Shown: piece by piece, positions 11,384 through 25,216 of the stretch
How the letters are laid out: the number at the start of each line of letters is the position of its first letter
Numbering within the stretch: position 1 is the first letter of the stretch
Source: Octopus vulgaris
Taxonomy: Eukaryota
Length of the DNA stretch: 64,000 nt
Assembly (NCBI GenBank): GCA_951406725.2
Contig: OX597819.1
Span: 93,868,001-93,932,000, forward strand
Reading direction: 5' to 3'
Made by a program: the position numbers and the translations under genes
Notes under the pieces: model-generated
Seen by the model: the letters and a program-made list of their open reading frames with translations, nothing else
What the model was told of the DNA's origin: nothing
The model's database searches: none

Positions 11384-14013
11384 GTATTCCTTCCTAGCAC
11401 TTGCATTTATATTAATCACAGTTCAACAGTTATTATATAGTATCTGTTTTCATTTGCCCCCTTCTGGAAACGTATATTTAGATTCTGATTCAGATAAATA
11501 TCTAAAAGTTCTTTTTGCGAGACGTATTTTGATATTAAAATTTATATCAGAAATCATTTTTGTTTGATTGCCATTGTGTATGGTACTTAGCTAAGTTTTT
11601 CTTCTTTTTTTTTTTACCCCCCCACTAGACAGTGTCAAGAGATCGGTCCCAAAGTACATTTGCCTTGTTGTTTTCATAGACCTTTTTAATTTTATGTGAT
11701 ACACAAAAGGTTTGTTCTTGCAAAGAAAATTCTACAGTATGACTAACATGTCAATGTAGAAAGCACCCAACTACTGGTTGGAATATAAACATTTTATCAC
11801 CTGTGGTAACAAAAGCATAGGATGTTATACATGCACATTCATGTGCGCATCTACATACACATACACGCCCACTCATTCATACACATGCACACACTCATTC
11901 ATGCACGCACATATATATATATTTATGTATGTATGTGTGAAAAGTAAGTGAATTGGGATGAATAATCTTAGCATTTACTTCGTGAAGTACTTGCACAGAT
12001 GGTGGTTATCTGAAAATTGATAGGTGGGGACTCCCTAGGAAGCTCTTGCACCAGTAATCTGAAAATCCAAAAAAACATCCACAGAAGATATATATAATAA
12101 AAGAACATCAAAGAATGGACACAAAGTCATACACATACACATCATCCTCATCATCGTTTAATGTCTGCTTTCCATGCTGGCATGGATTGGAAAGTTTGAC
12201 TGAGGACTGGCAAGCCAGGAGGCCACACTAGGCTCCAATTTGATCTGGCAAAGTTTCTACAGCTGGATTCCCTTCCTAACGTTCACCACTCCAAGAGTGT
12301 GTGTATATATATATCGTTTGTTCCTTCTCGAGCCATGCCTAGCTCATAAGGGATAGTTTCTTTGGCATATAGGTTCCCCACCTGGATGGGACACCAGTCC
12401 GTCGCAGATGAGCTGCAAGATGCAGGAGGAAAGAGTGAGAGAAAGTTGTGGTAAAAGAGTCAGCAGAAGTTCGCCATTACCTTCTGCATGAGCCGTGTGG
12501 AGCTTAGGTGTTTCGCTCATAAACACACACATTGTCTGGTCTGAGATTTGAATATGCAATCCATCGACCATGAGTCTGCTGCTCTAACCAGTAGGCCATG
12601 TGCCTCCATATATATATATATATATATACACACACATACACACACATACATACGTGTATGTGTGTGTGTATGATTGGTTTCCATCTACCAAATTTACTCA
12701 TTGGTCGACCCAGGCCACACAATAGGACTGGACTCAAAACGATGTTGTTGCAAAGAAAGTTTCTTAACCACCCTGCCATACCAGCACCTATAATTATTCA
12801 TTTTTATTCTGTCTAGACTTGGACTGAATTGGTAGAAAATACCACTCAAATGAATACATGTCTCAAACATAAGAATTCTACAATTACTCTTGGTAGTTTC
12901 TGATGAGAGGATATTTTTTCACCCTGTATTGTGTCATTTCTTAATCTAATTTTACTCTGCTCAGCTGCAATGAATAATAAACCATTCTTTACAAAAATTT
13001 TCCAGTTCTCTCTTTATCATGGAATATTGCCCTTTGCTTGCTAGTTTTGTTCATATTTTTCGTTCACAATTCAGTTTTTCACTATATTTCATGACTGTCT
13101 TCTGCTTCAGTGTTTGTGTGTTTACACCTGATGTCTTCTCTGAAAATTGAAAGCTTTATTTTGCTTTTTTGGTGTTTAATACTTTTCTTTGTTAATTCTC
13201 CAATATTTTCTATTAGATACTTTGTAATTTTTACTGTAGTTATTTGATGACAATATTCTAATTACAGAAATCCTTTACTTGCTTGTGATTATGGTGAATG
13301 TAATATCTGAATGCTAGTGTTGGGTTGGCACTAAATTTTCTTGTTATTTTCTTACATACTCTCACTCATTTAACATTTCTTTTTACTTAATAAGTAGATT
13401 ATTACTGTAATTCATTATTGAAAACTCTACACCTGTGTTTCGAAATTTCTCTTTTCAATTTTTGGTGCACTAAAATCAATTAAGATATTGCTGGTTGCAC
13501 TTTATGAGGGAAATTAAAGATTACTGGTGCACTTCACATGGAAAGTAAAAAAAATTCTGGTGCACTGCTCATCTAATATTTTTACAAAAAAGCCTGCTTA
13601 ATGTTAAAAATTGAAAAAATATTTTTTAAAGAATTGCTGCTTGTCCTGTTTTATTGATCATCATCATTCTTGTTGTCAATATAACATTCAATTTTTCTAT
13701 GCTTGCATGGGTCAGACTGAACTCATTGAGGTAGATTTTCTATAATTGGGTGTACTTCCTGTCACTAAACATCACTTGTTTCCAAGCAGGCTACTATTTC
13801 CATCTGGCTGATCATATTTTCATGGAAGATTGGAAACAAAAGACATTGTTTGTATGGTAGTGACATTCATTTATAACTCTCAAGTGATGTCAAAACAAGG
13901 AAACAGAAAGATACACACATATATATACATAGAAATACTTATTCATATCTATACATGTGTGTGTGTGTGTGTGTGAGTGTGCATGAATGCATGTATGTGC
14001 ACACACACACACC

Positions 14014-14054
<41 letters not shown>

Positions 14055-14211
14055 TGTTTGCTTTTATGTTCAGTTATAGCCATAATAAAAACAATTTTAC
14101 ATTTATCTGCTGAGTTACTCTATACTTTTGTCGAGTACAAATTTGTTATTACGGAGATGTACTCACATAGCAAGTAATTTGATCTGAGATCGTATGCTGA
14201 AACGAAATTTG

Positions 14212-14438
14212 TTATTCTTAAACAAGAATAATGTTGACAGTGACTTCGAAGTTTATGCATAATAACCAGGCATAAAAACCTAATTACTATCCCACTCAAA
14301 CTCACACACCCAAAGAAGATTTTAATACAGCAGAAACTATACAAAGTCAGGACTAACTATAATGCATCACAATCTAATGATGGCTTAGCTGGACAAAACT
14401 TCAACATCACTGTCAACAATATTCTTGTTTAAGAATAA
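14212..14438. repeat. inverted repeat, ~45-bp arms with ~140-bp spacer
   Basis: ttattcttaaacaagaataatgttgacagtgacttcgaagttt (14212-) versus aaacttcaacatcactgtcaacaatattcttgtttaagaataa (-14438). Confidence 0.85.
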
Positions 14439-14446
14439 GATATATA

Positions 14447-14740
14447 TCATCATCATTTAGCGTCCGCTTTCCATGCTAGCATGGGTTGGACGGTTCAACT
14501 GGGGTCTGTGAAGCCAGAAGGCTGCATCAGGCCCAGTCTGATCTGGTAGTGTTTCTATGGCTGGATGCCCTTCCTAACGCCAACCACTCCATGAGTGTAG
14601 TGGGTGCTTTTTACGTACCACCCACACAGGTGCCAGACGGAGCTGGCAAATGGCCACGGACGGATAGTACTTTTTACATGCCACCGGCACGGGGGCCAGG
14701 CGAGGCTGGCAACGACCACGATCAGATGGTGCTTTTTACA
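14447..14740 (-). mobile_element. SINE family C (tail ...CATGGAAAGCGGACGCTAAATGATGATGA, internal ~60-bp tandem subrepeats)
   Basis: homologous copies at about 8278-8600(+), 12140-12300, 18297-18670, 20357-20852, 55290-55565, 56459-56700, 61805-61970(+); (GAT)n tails resemble RTE-partnered SINEs. Confidence 0.75.
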
Positions 14741-15747
14741 TATATGATGATTGCTTCATCTTGACACATGATAGCTGTCCCATTAACATACATAGCACAA
14801 TCCCTCCATTGATGAGCCCTCAGATGACTTTTAAGACCAGATGCTGACTGACAGGGTTTAAAACACAAGTGACTGATATTATTCAAGTTTCTTCTACATC
14901 TTTGCCCTTTGAAATTTGATTCTGAAGAAATGGTTTTGTAACTAGCATATATCTTTTAAATCAAGATAATGTTTTACAAGTTTTGTATGTGTGTGTGTCT
15001 GTGTCTGTATGTGTATAGAGTGAATTTCATTCAGTTTCTGTCTACCAAATCCACAAGCAAGACTTTGGTCAGCTCAGAGCTCTTACAAAAGACATTTGGT
15101 CAAGGTGCCATGCAGTGTAACTGAACTTAAAACCATGTGGTTGAAAAGCAAACTTCCTAAACATATAGTCTTGTTATCTAATGAAATTATGAATAACACC
15201 TTGTTCAAGATAGTCAAGAATCCATATGGATTTTCTAAAACCTTAAATTCATCATCATCATTACCATCATTTATTGTCCATCTTCCATTCTAGCATGAGC
15301 TGGACAGTCTGACAGAAGCTGGCTAAGCAGAAGACTACATCAGGTTTCACTCTCTGTATTGGTAGGGTTTTTACAGCTGGATGTCCTTGCCAACACCAAA
15401 TTACATTTATAAAAATCTGTTACACAGAGATATAATATGCACTGCCCCAGTTTACCATTTGATCATTATTATTTAGATTATAGAGATGTATTGTGAACCT
15501 TTGAAAGAATAATTAGTCCTTATGTCACAATGTTTAATGCTGTAATTTTTGTTTGGGCCTCCTATTATACAGAGGCAGCAAATTGGTAAAATCATTTGGG
15601 TGTTGGTTAGAATGGCTTGCAATTTTTATTCCAATTCTCTTCTCATTGGGTTCAAGTCCTGCCAAAATTAACTTCATTTTCCAACCTTCTGGAGACAATC
15701 AATAAAGTTCTTGTCAGGTATATGAATAGATTCTTTTCTCTCTCTTT

Positions 15748-15811
<64 letters not shown>

Positions 15812-16020
15812 GAATCATCTATGTTATGCTTTGAGTAGAATCTTGGGGCAGGGTCCATTCACAACATTCTTTATACCAGAAGTGAAGATGGGTAGAGTGA
15901 GGTGCCAGGAATGTCTTCTAGAAAGCAGATCTTATCCTGAAACTGTCGAAAGACATGCTGATGTATTACATAAAGTATAAAACAAAGAAAATTTTTAAAA
16001 GGACTCTTATACATCCATTT

Positions 16021-16985
16021 CTTTAATGTCATCATGATCATCACAATAATAACCACCATCATTATCATTTTATCCTTAATATCTTCATTGACTGATGCAT
16101 TATTATCATCATTGTCATCATAATAATCATTATCATATCACTGTCACTGATTACCATCCTCATTACTATCACTAATATCATCATCATAATCATCACTATC
16201 ATCGTCATCATAGCCATCATCATTATCATTATCATTGTCCTAATGACCCTTACCATCATCATCACAATGATTGCTGTCATCGTTATTGTCACCATCATTA
16301 TCATCACAATTATCACTATCGTCATCATCATCCTCATTGCCAGCATCATCATCATCATTCTCATCATCTTCATTACAATGATTGCTGTCATCGTTATCAT
16401 CACCATCATTATCATTATCATCATCACAATTGTCACTATCATCATCATCACCCTCATCACCAACATCATCATCATCATTCTCATCATCGTCGCCATCATC
16501 ATCATCATCATTATCATCATCATCGCCATCATCGTCATCACAACCATCATCATTATCATTATCATTGTCTCAATGATCTTTATCATCATCATCATCATCA
16601 TCGTCATCATCACAATGATTGCTGTCATCGTTATCATCAACATCATTATCATTATCATCATTACAATTATCACTATCATCATCATCATCACCCTCATCAC
16701 CAACATCATCATCATCATTCTCCCCATCGTCGTCATCGTCATCATCATCATCACCATCATCATCATCACAACCATCATCATTATAATTATCATTGTCTCA
16801 ATGATCCTTATCATCATCATCATCGTCATCATCACAATGATTGCTGTCATCGTTATCATCAACATCATTATCATTAGCATCGTCACAATTATCACCATCA
16901 TCATCATCACTCTCATCACCGACATTATCATCATCACTCTCATCATCATCATCATTACAATGATTGTCGTCATTATTATTCATCT
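16021..16985. repeat. degenerate (ATC)n array with higher-order periodicity
   Basis: recurrent CACAATGATTGCTGTCATCGTTAT (about 16264, 16375, 16612, 16834) and ATTGTCTCAATGATC (about 16564, 16792). Confidence 0.9.
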
Positions 16986-17628
16986 TCAATTCGAAAGACA
17001 AAGATGTAATGAAAGTTATCATAAGAAAGAAAAAAAACAATTGACGAAAAATTAATAAATAGTAAATAGCAGCGTTGGATGTAGTGGTGGAGATGGTGGT
17101 GGGCAAGAAAGTGGTAAATAAAATAGTCTGTGAATGGTTCTTCTTTTAATACAAACGTTCAAAGAATCTCTTATGTACTTAGTTCTGCTACAATGAACAT
17201 CTGACTGATAATAATAATAATTTTTTTTTTGTCACTGACACTCTTCATCAGTGATACAATAATACTATTAATAACATTAATAATATTGCTACTACCACTA
17301 CTGCTACCGATACTACTAATATTACTTCAAGCATAAACACCACCACCAGTACTACTACTACTACTAGTACTACTTCTACAACCAGCACAATTAATAATAA
17401 TATCAATATATCATAATTTATATATCATATATTTTTGTATAAGACATTCCTAAAAACTGTTACTAAAGACAAGATAACAGGCTGCAAGATTCACACACAT
17501 ACACACAAGCACACAGAAATATACACAGACATACACAGACACACACACACACACACACACATACACACACACACACATATAAACATACTTACACACACAC
17601 ATGCACATAATGCACATGCACACAGACA

Positions 17629-17672
<44 letters not shown>

Positions 17673-17849
17673 TATATGTATATATATATATGTATATACA
17701 TATATATGTGTGTGTGTGTGTGTGCACGAGCAAAACTCCCCTCCGTCCAATGGACGGTGCTGAGTTGTCAAACATGTAAGCCAAATTTTCTCAAAACAAC
17801 TTGTCCAAACGTCCCATAGGCCTCCCCTTTGAGAAACACTGATTTAACC

Positions 17850-18280
17850 TAAATTTGAGACACCAGCAAAAGAAGACATAAAGATGACTTTTTTTCTATT
17901 CCAAAGAAAAACGATTTTATTCACACAAATATGCAACCGAAGAGTTTAAAGTACCAGTAATGATAAGGCTGTTGACTGGGAGAACACAAACATCGTTTAA
18001 ACAGTAAGCTTGGCAGGAAAGAAACATGCCTTTAAGCTGTACAAAAGCAAAAAAAAATCGAAGGTGCATTTATGTACAGGTTGAGGGAAGAAAAGCAGGA
18101 CAAAAACGGCTTTATCGATCACATTCTCACCTGGAATCGATTTTTGTAATTTTTTCAAGACTTATACACACCCTGATTTCATAGGTGTCTACATATCAAA
18201 TTTGAGCGCTATCGGATGGAGGATGCCCAAGATCATAGAAAAACACAGACAGACAGGCAGAACGGATTTTATATAGGCTA
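17850..18280 (-). mobile_element. Helitron/Helentron-like non-autonomous fragment
   Basis: terminal motif catatcaaatttgagcgctatcggatg...cagacagacaggcagaacggattttatatag resembles DINE-1/HINE-like ends. Confidence 0.45.
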
Positions 18281-18668
18281 TATATATATATATATATCAT
18301 CATTATCATTATCATCATCATCGTTTAGCGTCCACTTTCCATGCTGGCATGGGTTGGACAGTGCAACTGGTGTCTGGGAAGCCAGAAGGCTGCACCAGGC
18401 CCAGTCTGATCTGGCAATGTTTCTACGGCTGGATGCCCTTCCTAACGCCAACCACTGCATGAGTGTAGTGGGTACTTTTTACATGCCACCGGCACAGGTG
18501 CCAGTCGAGGCTGGCAAACGGCCACGATCGGATGGTGCTTTTTACGTGCCACCGGCACGGAGGCCAGGCGGAGCTGGCAACGGCCACGATCGGATGGTGC
18601 TTTTTACGTGCCACCAGCACGGAAGCCAGTCAGGGCAGCACTGGCAATGGCCACGTTCGGATGGTTCT

Positions 18669-19324
<656 letters not shown>

Positions 19325-19411
19325 AACGCACATATACTTATGCGCTCACACACGCACATCCAAGTATATGGGCATATACGTATACTTATACATACATACA
19401 TACACACACAC

Positions 19412-19458
<47 letters not shown>

Positions 19459-21455
19459 CACATACTAATTTGTCAATGATTGGATTATATGATGGTTATT
19501 GTATCTACGCTTAATCTGAAAAAACTATTTCTTAACTTTCTCATTATTATTATTGTTGTTGTTGTTGTTACTTTTATTATCATCAACATTATCATTATCA
19601 TACTTTTTTTTTTCACTTCTCTTAATTCTTTATTTTCTTATGTTTTGTTTTGTTTTGGAGTTCAATCAAGTTTTTCTTTTCTATTGTTCTTTTTCTTTTT
19701 AATCTTTACAATTATCACTATCTTAGTTATCATTATTATTATCAAACAAAATGCCTTATGATATTTGCCTTAAAGAAGTGAAATGATAGAAGCATTCAAG
19801 CCTCGGAAAAACTGCTTTGTGGTATTTGTTCTGGCTCTTTACATTCTGAGCTCAAATCCATTGAAGCTGACTTTGCCTGCCATCCTTTCCAGGATTGAAA
19901 AAATAAGTTTGGAAAAAATAAGCTTGCTATCTCCCGTTAAAAATTGTTAACCTTAAGCTGGTGAGCTGGCAGAATCGTTAGCACATTGGGAGAAATGCTT
20001 AGCAACATTTCACCTGTCATTAACATTCTGGATTCAAATTCTGCTAAGGTCAACTTTGCATTTCATCCTTTCAGATTCGATGAAATAAGTTCTCATTATT
20101 CAAGAAAACTTGGAATTTTTTTACCTTTTATTTTTATAGAGGGGGCAAAAGAAGTGTAAGAACATGTCAGATAATCAAGGACCCCAAAATCAATGAACTG
20201 GCTTGACCCCTTTCTCACAAGTCTTGTATACCATAGCCATTTTCTCAGATTGTTTTTTTTTTTATTTCTCAATATCCAGATCTGAACTATTACCAAGTGT
20301 GCAACAGGAAACTCTTAGTTTGAAAAAAAAATCAAAGCTGATTAGGTTATCAAAGTTCATCATCATCATCATTTAACATCTGCTTTCCATGCTAGCATGG
20401 GTCGGACGATTTAACTGAGGACTTGCGAACCAGATGGCTGCACCAGGCTCCAATCTGATCTGGCAGAGTTTCTACAGCTGGATGCCCTTCCAAACAGCAA
20501 CCACTCTGAGAGTGTAGTAGGTGCTTTTATGTGCCACTGGCACAAGGCCCAGTCAGGTGGTACTGGTAATGGCCACACTCAAGTGGTGTTTTTTACGTGC
20601 TACATGCACAGGAGCCAGTCTAGTGGCCTTGCTACCTTTACATGCTACCTGTACAGGAGTCACTCCAGTCAGCCTTGCTCGAATGTTTTTAACATGCCAC
20701 TGGCATAAGTGCCAGTTAGGCGATGCTGGTAACAATCATGTTTGAATGGTGCTTTTTATGTGCCACCGGCACGGAAGCCAGTCAGCTGCTCTAGCAGTGA
20801 TCACGCTTGGATGGTGCTCTTAGCGCTCCACTGACACGGGTGCCAGTCATCATTTGTGGATAGACAGCAATAACATCATTGACAAAATTTGGAACCAGTA
20901 AAACATGATCTCAAGTTTGGTGTTTCAGCAGTCGAACAATAAGGATATCTATCCTGCAGGGGATTTATGATTTCTATTCATTTCTAAACATTTAACAGAC
21001 ATTAAATGACGATGGCTTCTGTAATCCTAACCCACTTACATTTTGCTCAATACCAGTACAGTTCCATATTCTGGATAATTATTGGAATTATCGGAACAAT
21101 GCTGGACATATTTTCTGAAAACCATTTGCCATTCTTATGTAAAAACCCTATAGGCATTTCCTCGTTTTTCCTTGTTAGTTGCCAGTTGAGAATCCTCTTG
21201 TGAAAAATAGACAGTTGGCGTGTTTTTCTTCAATACAAATATTCATTAATTATTAATATATTGTTCTTAAAGTGTATCTTGCTTTAAATATTTTAATATT
21301 GATTCAGAATTTCAAAATTTCCAATTAAATTCACATGTTCCAAGATAATTCTATGAAAAATGAATGTCTTTCTGCTTGCATTCGTTTATTCATTTATTTA
21401 TTATTTTCTTTTCTCATTTTTCTCATTTTTGCCTTTTTTTTTCTCTCATTTGCAG

Positions 21456-21738
21456 AAAAATGAATGTGAGCCCATATTACAAACCTCGGTTTGGAGACTA
21501 CATTTGCAGTAAACCTGGTGAATCAGGAATGCGAAAATGTTCGAATTTACCCTTATTTTCTTATGAAGGTATAAAGTGCAATGCAAGTGCCAAGGCCAAC
21601 AATAACAATAATCCTGCAAATGATTCTTGTGTCAACTGGAATCAGTATTACACAAGCTGTGAAACGGGGGACAAAAATCCATTTAGGGGGGCAATATCTT
21701 TTGATAACATAGGTTTAGCATGGGTTGCCATCTTTCAG
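21456..21738 (+). CDS. Cav3: T-type Ca2+ channel alpha-1 subunit, exon encoding the domain I S5-P extracellular turret and pore helix
   Basis: KMNVSPYYKPRFGDYICSKPGESGMRKCSNLP...CVNWNQYYTSCETGDKNPFRGAISFDNIGLAWVAIFQ matches the Cav3 signature CVNWNQYY..C..G..NPF.GAI.FDNIG.AW.AIFQ; polypyrimidine+TGCAG acceptor (phase 2), CAG|GTAAGT donor (phase 0). Confidence 0.96.
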
Positions 21739-24700
21739 GTAAGTTATTTTCCTACATTAATTTCAAAGTTTTACTTTTATTCTTTTCTGATTGTTTTGCT
21801 AACTCTGATATTTCTTAGGAATTGTTGGGATAATTTTTTATTCCTGGGTACTTATTTCACTCTAATTACTTTGCCATGAAATGAAAAAGTTACCCAGTTT
21901 TCAACTAGGTTAGCCAGAATCATCTTAGACTGAATGTTTTTTGCTTTCATTTTGTATGTATTAATCATTTATCTTTATTTGGCTTCAGTTGTTTTAATCT
22001 TCAGTAAACGTTAAAGTGTCTGCAAAATAATTCTGGCACAAATTAGGCTTGGCATATATTCTATGAACAAACAATACTACTAGGTAAAATTTTTTTATCC
22101 ATTATGTCTTATTTATTTATTTATTACTTTTTTTTAACGAAAAAAGCCAATTCAGACAAGTATTAGATTCCATTATCCATTGAGACCAAAGAACTACAGT
22201 CTGTCCCATATATAATTAAATCTGATATTTAAGATGATTTGATGGCTTAACTGAAGAGTGTTGTAACCTGGCTAACTGGCAATTTTGGCAGTGGCTTAAA
22301 TTTATAGTTCGAATCATGCTCAGGTTGACATAGAAACTTACGCCTTCAGGATTGGGTAATATGAGTCCCAGTAATCCCATTATAGCATTTGTTCAAAAAT
22401 TATCTTTGGCTAGAAGGCAAAATTTGTGGATCGCAACCAGGTTTTTATAGCTTCTTTGGATTGCTTTTGGTTTACAGTCAGGACTAAACAGAGCAATATT
22501 AACAACTACAACTAAACAAGTGTTAAAAAGTTAGTCTCAAAATTATCCCTTTTGTTGCAACTGGCCTTCATATTGCAAAACATCTTTTGTGTCTATATTA
22601 TTCTTTGATGCACCTAGACACACCATTACATGGTTATATATGACTTTATATTAAACTATTGAATACAATATTAATTCAACACATGAATTCTTGTCTGCAT
22701 AGTAAAACAGAGCATAACAAAAATGAAAGTAATTTCAGAATAGCTTCTGAGAGATACTTGGTAACATGGAACATGATTGCTTTGTGGCCTAGGGAAGGAT
22801 GTATAATCTCAGAATTCAAGCAATTGTGAGACTTTTAGGCTTTTAGGCTTTGGGCATGGGTATTATCTTAGAAGGCAAGGGATTCTGGGAATTTCTTTTT
22901 AGAGGTTGACCCAAAGGATGGTCACAGGCCTTGAACTTCAGTAATGACTTAACATCAGCTAGCAACTTCAGTAAAATATGAACTATTAATGAATAACAAT
23001 GTACACACTAACACAGGCATTTCCAACCACTGTACTGTTATGCATGCAAGTACTTTGAGTTGTCAGTGAATTCAGAAAATACCAAGACATGTCATTAATG
23101 CATCACAGCAGTACATGCGTTGTATCCCTTTGCAGAAAAGTGTGACATGTGCACCTATTTCTGTTTTAAAATAACGTTAACATTTGCTTATTATATAATA
23201 ACATTTTAAAAAAGATGTTGGTGTGCTGTAACACCATTTGGTCTTATTCGTTGCCTCTTCATTAAAAAAAAAAGGGTAAAAATCATTGCACTGGCAGTTA
23301 ACAGCTTATGGTGAAGCCTCTATGTGGTTATTTGAATAGGAAGAAATAGCAGCCAGATTCTCTTAAATTACACCCTTAGGATCTGATCTGTCTTGAGCCC
23401 CATGACACATGGGGCCAAATTTAAAGCATTTTAAAAATTTTATTGCAGCATGTAGCAGTAGTTAGCCACAATGTGTAGATATAGTAACAAAATTGATATA
23501 TTTCAGCAACATATGCATAAAGCAATAATTTTCAATGTTGTGAAGACAGTGTAGAAATATGTGAAGGCAAAGTATAGAAATATATGCAATGACTATGTGG
23601 TAAGAAGTTTGCTTCCCACTCACATGGTTCTAGGTTCAGTCCCACTGTTTGGCGCCTTAGGCAAGTGTCTGTCACTATAGCCCTGGGCCAACCAAAGCCC
23701 TGTGGCTGGATTTGGTAGACAGAAACCGAAAGAAACTGAAAGAAAGACAGCAAGATGGCAGAAACATTAGCACGGCCAGCGAAATGCTTAGCTGTATTTC
23801 GTCTGCCGTTACGTTCTGAGTTCAAATTCCGCCGAGGTCGTCTTTGCCCTTCATCCTTTCAGGGTCGATAAATTAAGTACCAGTAACGCACTGGGGTCAA
23901 TGCAATCGACTTAATTCCTTTGTCTGTCCTTGTTTGTCCCCTCTATGTTTAGCCCATTGTGGACAATAAAGAAATAAGAAACTGAAAAAAACCTGTCATA
24001 TATGTGTGTGTGTGTGTGTGTGTGTTTCTTTTTGTCTGTGCTTGCAACCCAACACCGTTTGACAACCAGTGTTGGTGCGTTTATGTCTAAGTAACATAGC
24101 AGTTTGGCAAAAGAGATCAATAAAAACAAGTACCGAGCTTAAAAATAAAGGTACTGGGGTCAATTCATTTGACCAAAATTCTTCAGAGTGGTGCTCTAGC
24201 ATGGCCGCAGTCTAATCATTGAAACAAGTCAAAGAATAACATAGCAGCTAGCAACACTGTGCTGAAATAGTAGCAAAATTATAGACCATAGCACATGTAG
24301 CAATAATTAAGCAATGCTGTGAAGCAGTTACAGTAGCAAACTATAGAAATTATTGTTTAATCCATGTGGGACCAGTTGTTAGCATAGATTTTATTTTTCT
24401 ATGACATGCAAAAATATGTCTTTTCATTAGCATCAAATTAAAAAGCTATTCCATAAAACAAATTTCACCCATTGTATTAGCTCTTATTGGATATGACTGA
24501 CCCTTAAATGCTGAAATGAAATCATTTTTATTGTTTATTTAGCAAAGTGTTGTTAGTTCTTGGAACTTAACAGCAGGTTATTTCCCCCACCAGCACCCCT
24601 TTAAATTTTTTCTTAATTCTTTTCATATAGTTTTTCATAATTTTTATTATATTTATTTCCCTTTTTTTTTTTAATCAACTCATACCAACTTGAGGTGACA

Positions 24701-25216
24701 ATTTTCAATTAAACTCCAAAATCAATATTTCTATCAGGGACATAGCTTGGGGATAGTGATTTTGTTTTGCATTTTTGTTTTCATCTTTTTTGTGGTGGTG
24801 GGGAAGTACATAATTTTTTGTTTTGTTTTTTGTACTTTTAGCTTTTTTAAAATATTGTTTTAAGCTTGATGAGTAAAAAAGCAAAAAATAAATGCAAAAT
24901 GTTCACTAGAGTACTAGCAAAGAATATAAATATTTACCTTATTCTGGCAGTTATTTAAAGAAACCATCAGCAATCAATTAAATAATGTTAACTAGTCCTG
25001 TAGTATCTTCCATATGAAATAAGTTTTTTTAATTTATTCTCTAATATAAAAAAAAATTGAATGAATAATTCCAAGCCACTTTTTAAAAATCTTTCACTTT
25101 TATTTTTTATCTGGACAAGAGAAGATTAGTTATTAACAAGGAGTTGTAATTTTCTTTAGAAAAATCACAAAATTTTTCAAGAATGATATTTTTCTCATCG
25201 CTGAAGAATATTCATA

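Noticed and set aside
11595-11690. Strong polypyrimidine tract plus TAG acceptor at 11628 as a possible extra Cav3 exon
   Set aside because: The downstream sequence has no Cav3 similarity and no frame-preserving donor; the phase-compatible frame hits a stop.
16065-17055. 302-aa Met-rich and 270-aa Ile-rich ORFs
   Set aside because: Products of the (ATC)n-derived array; no domain, splice or codon evidence.
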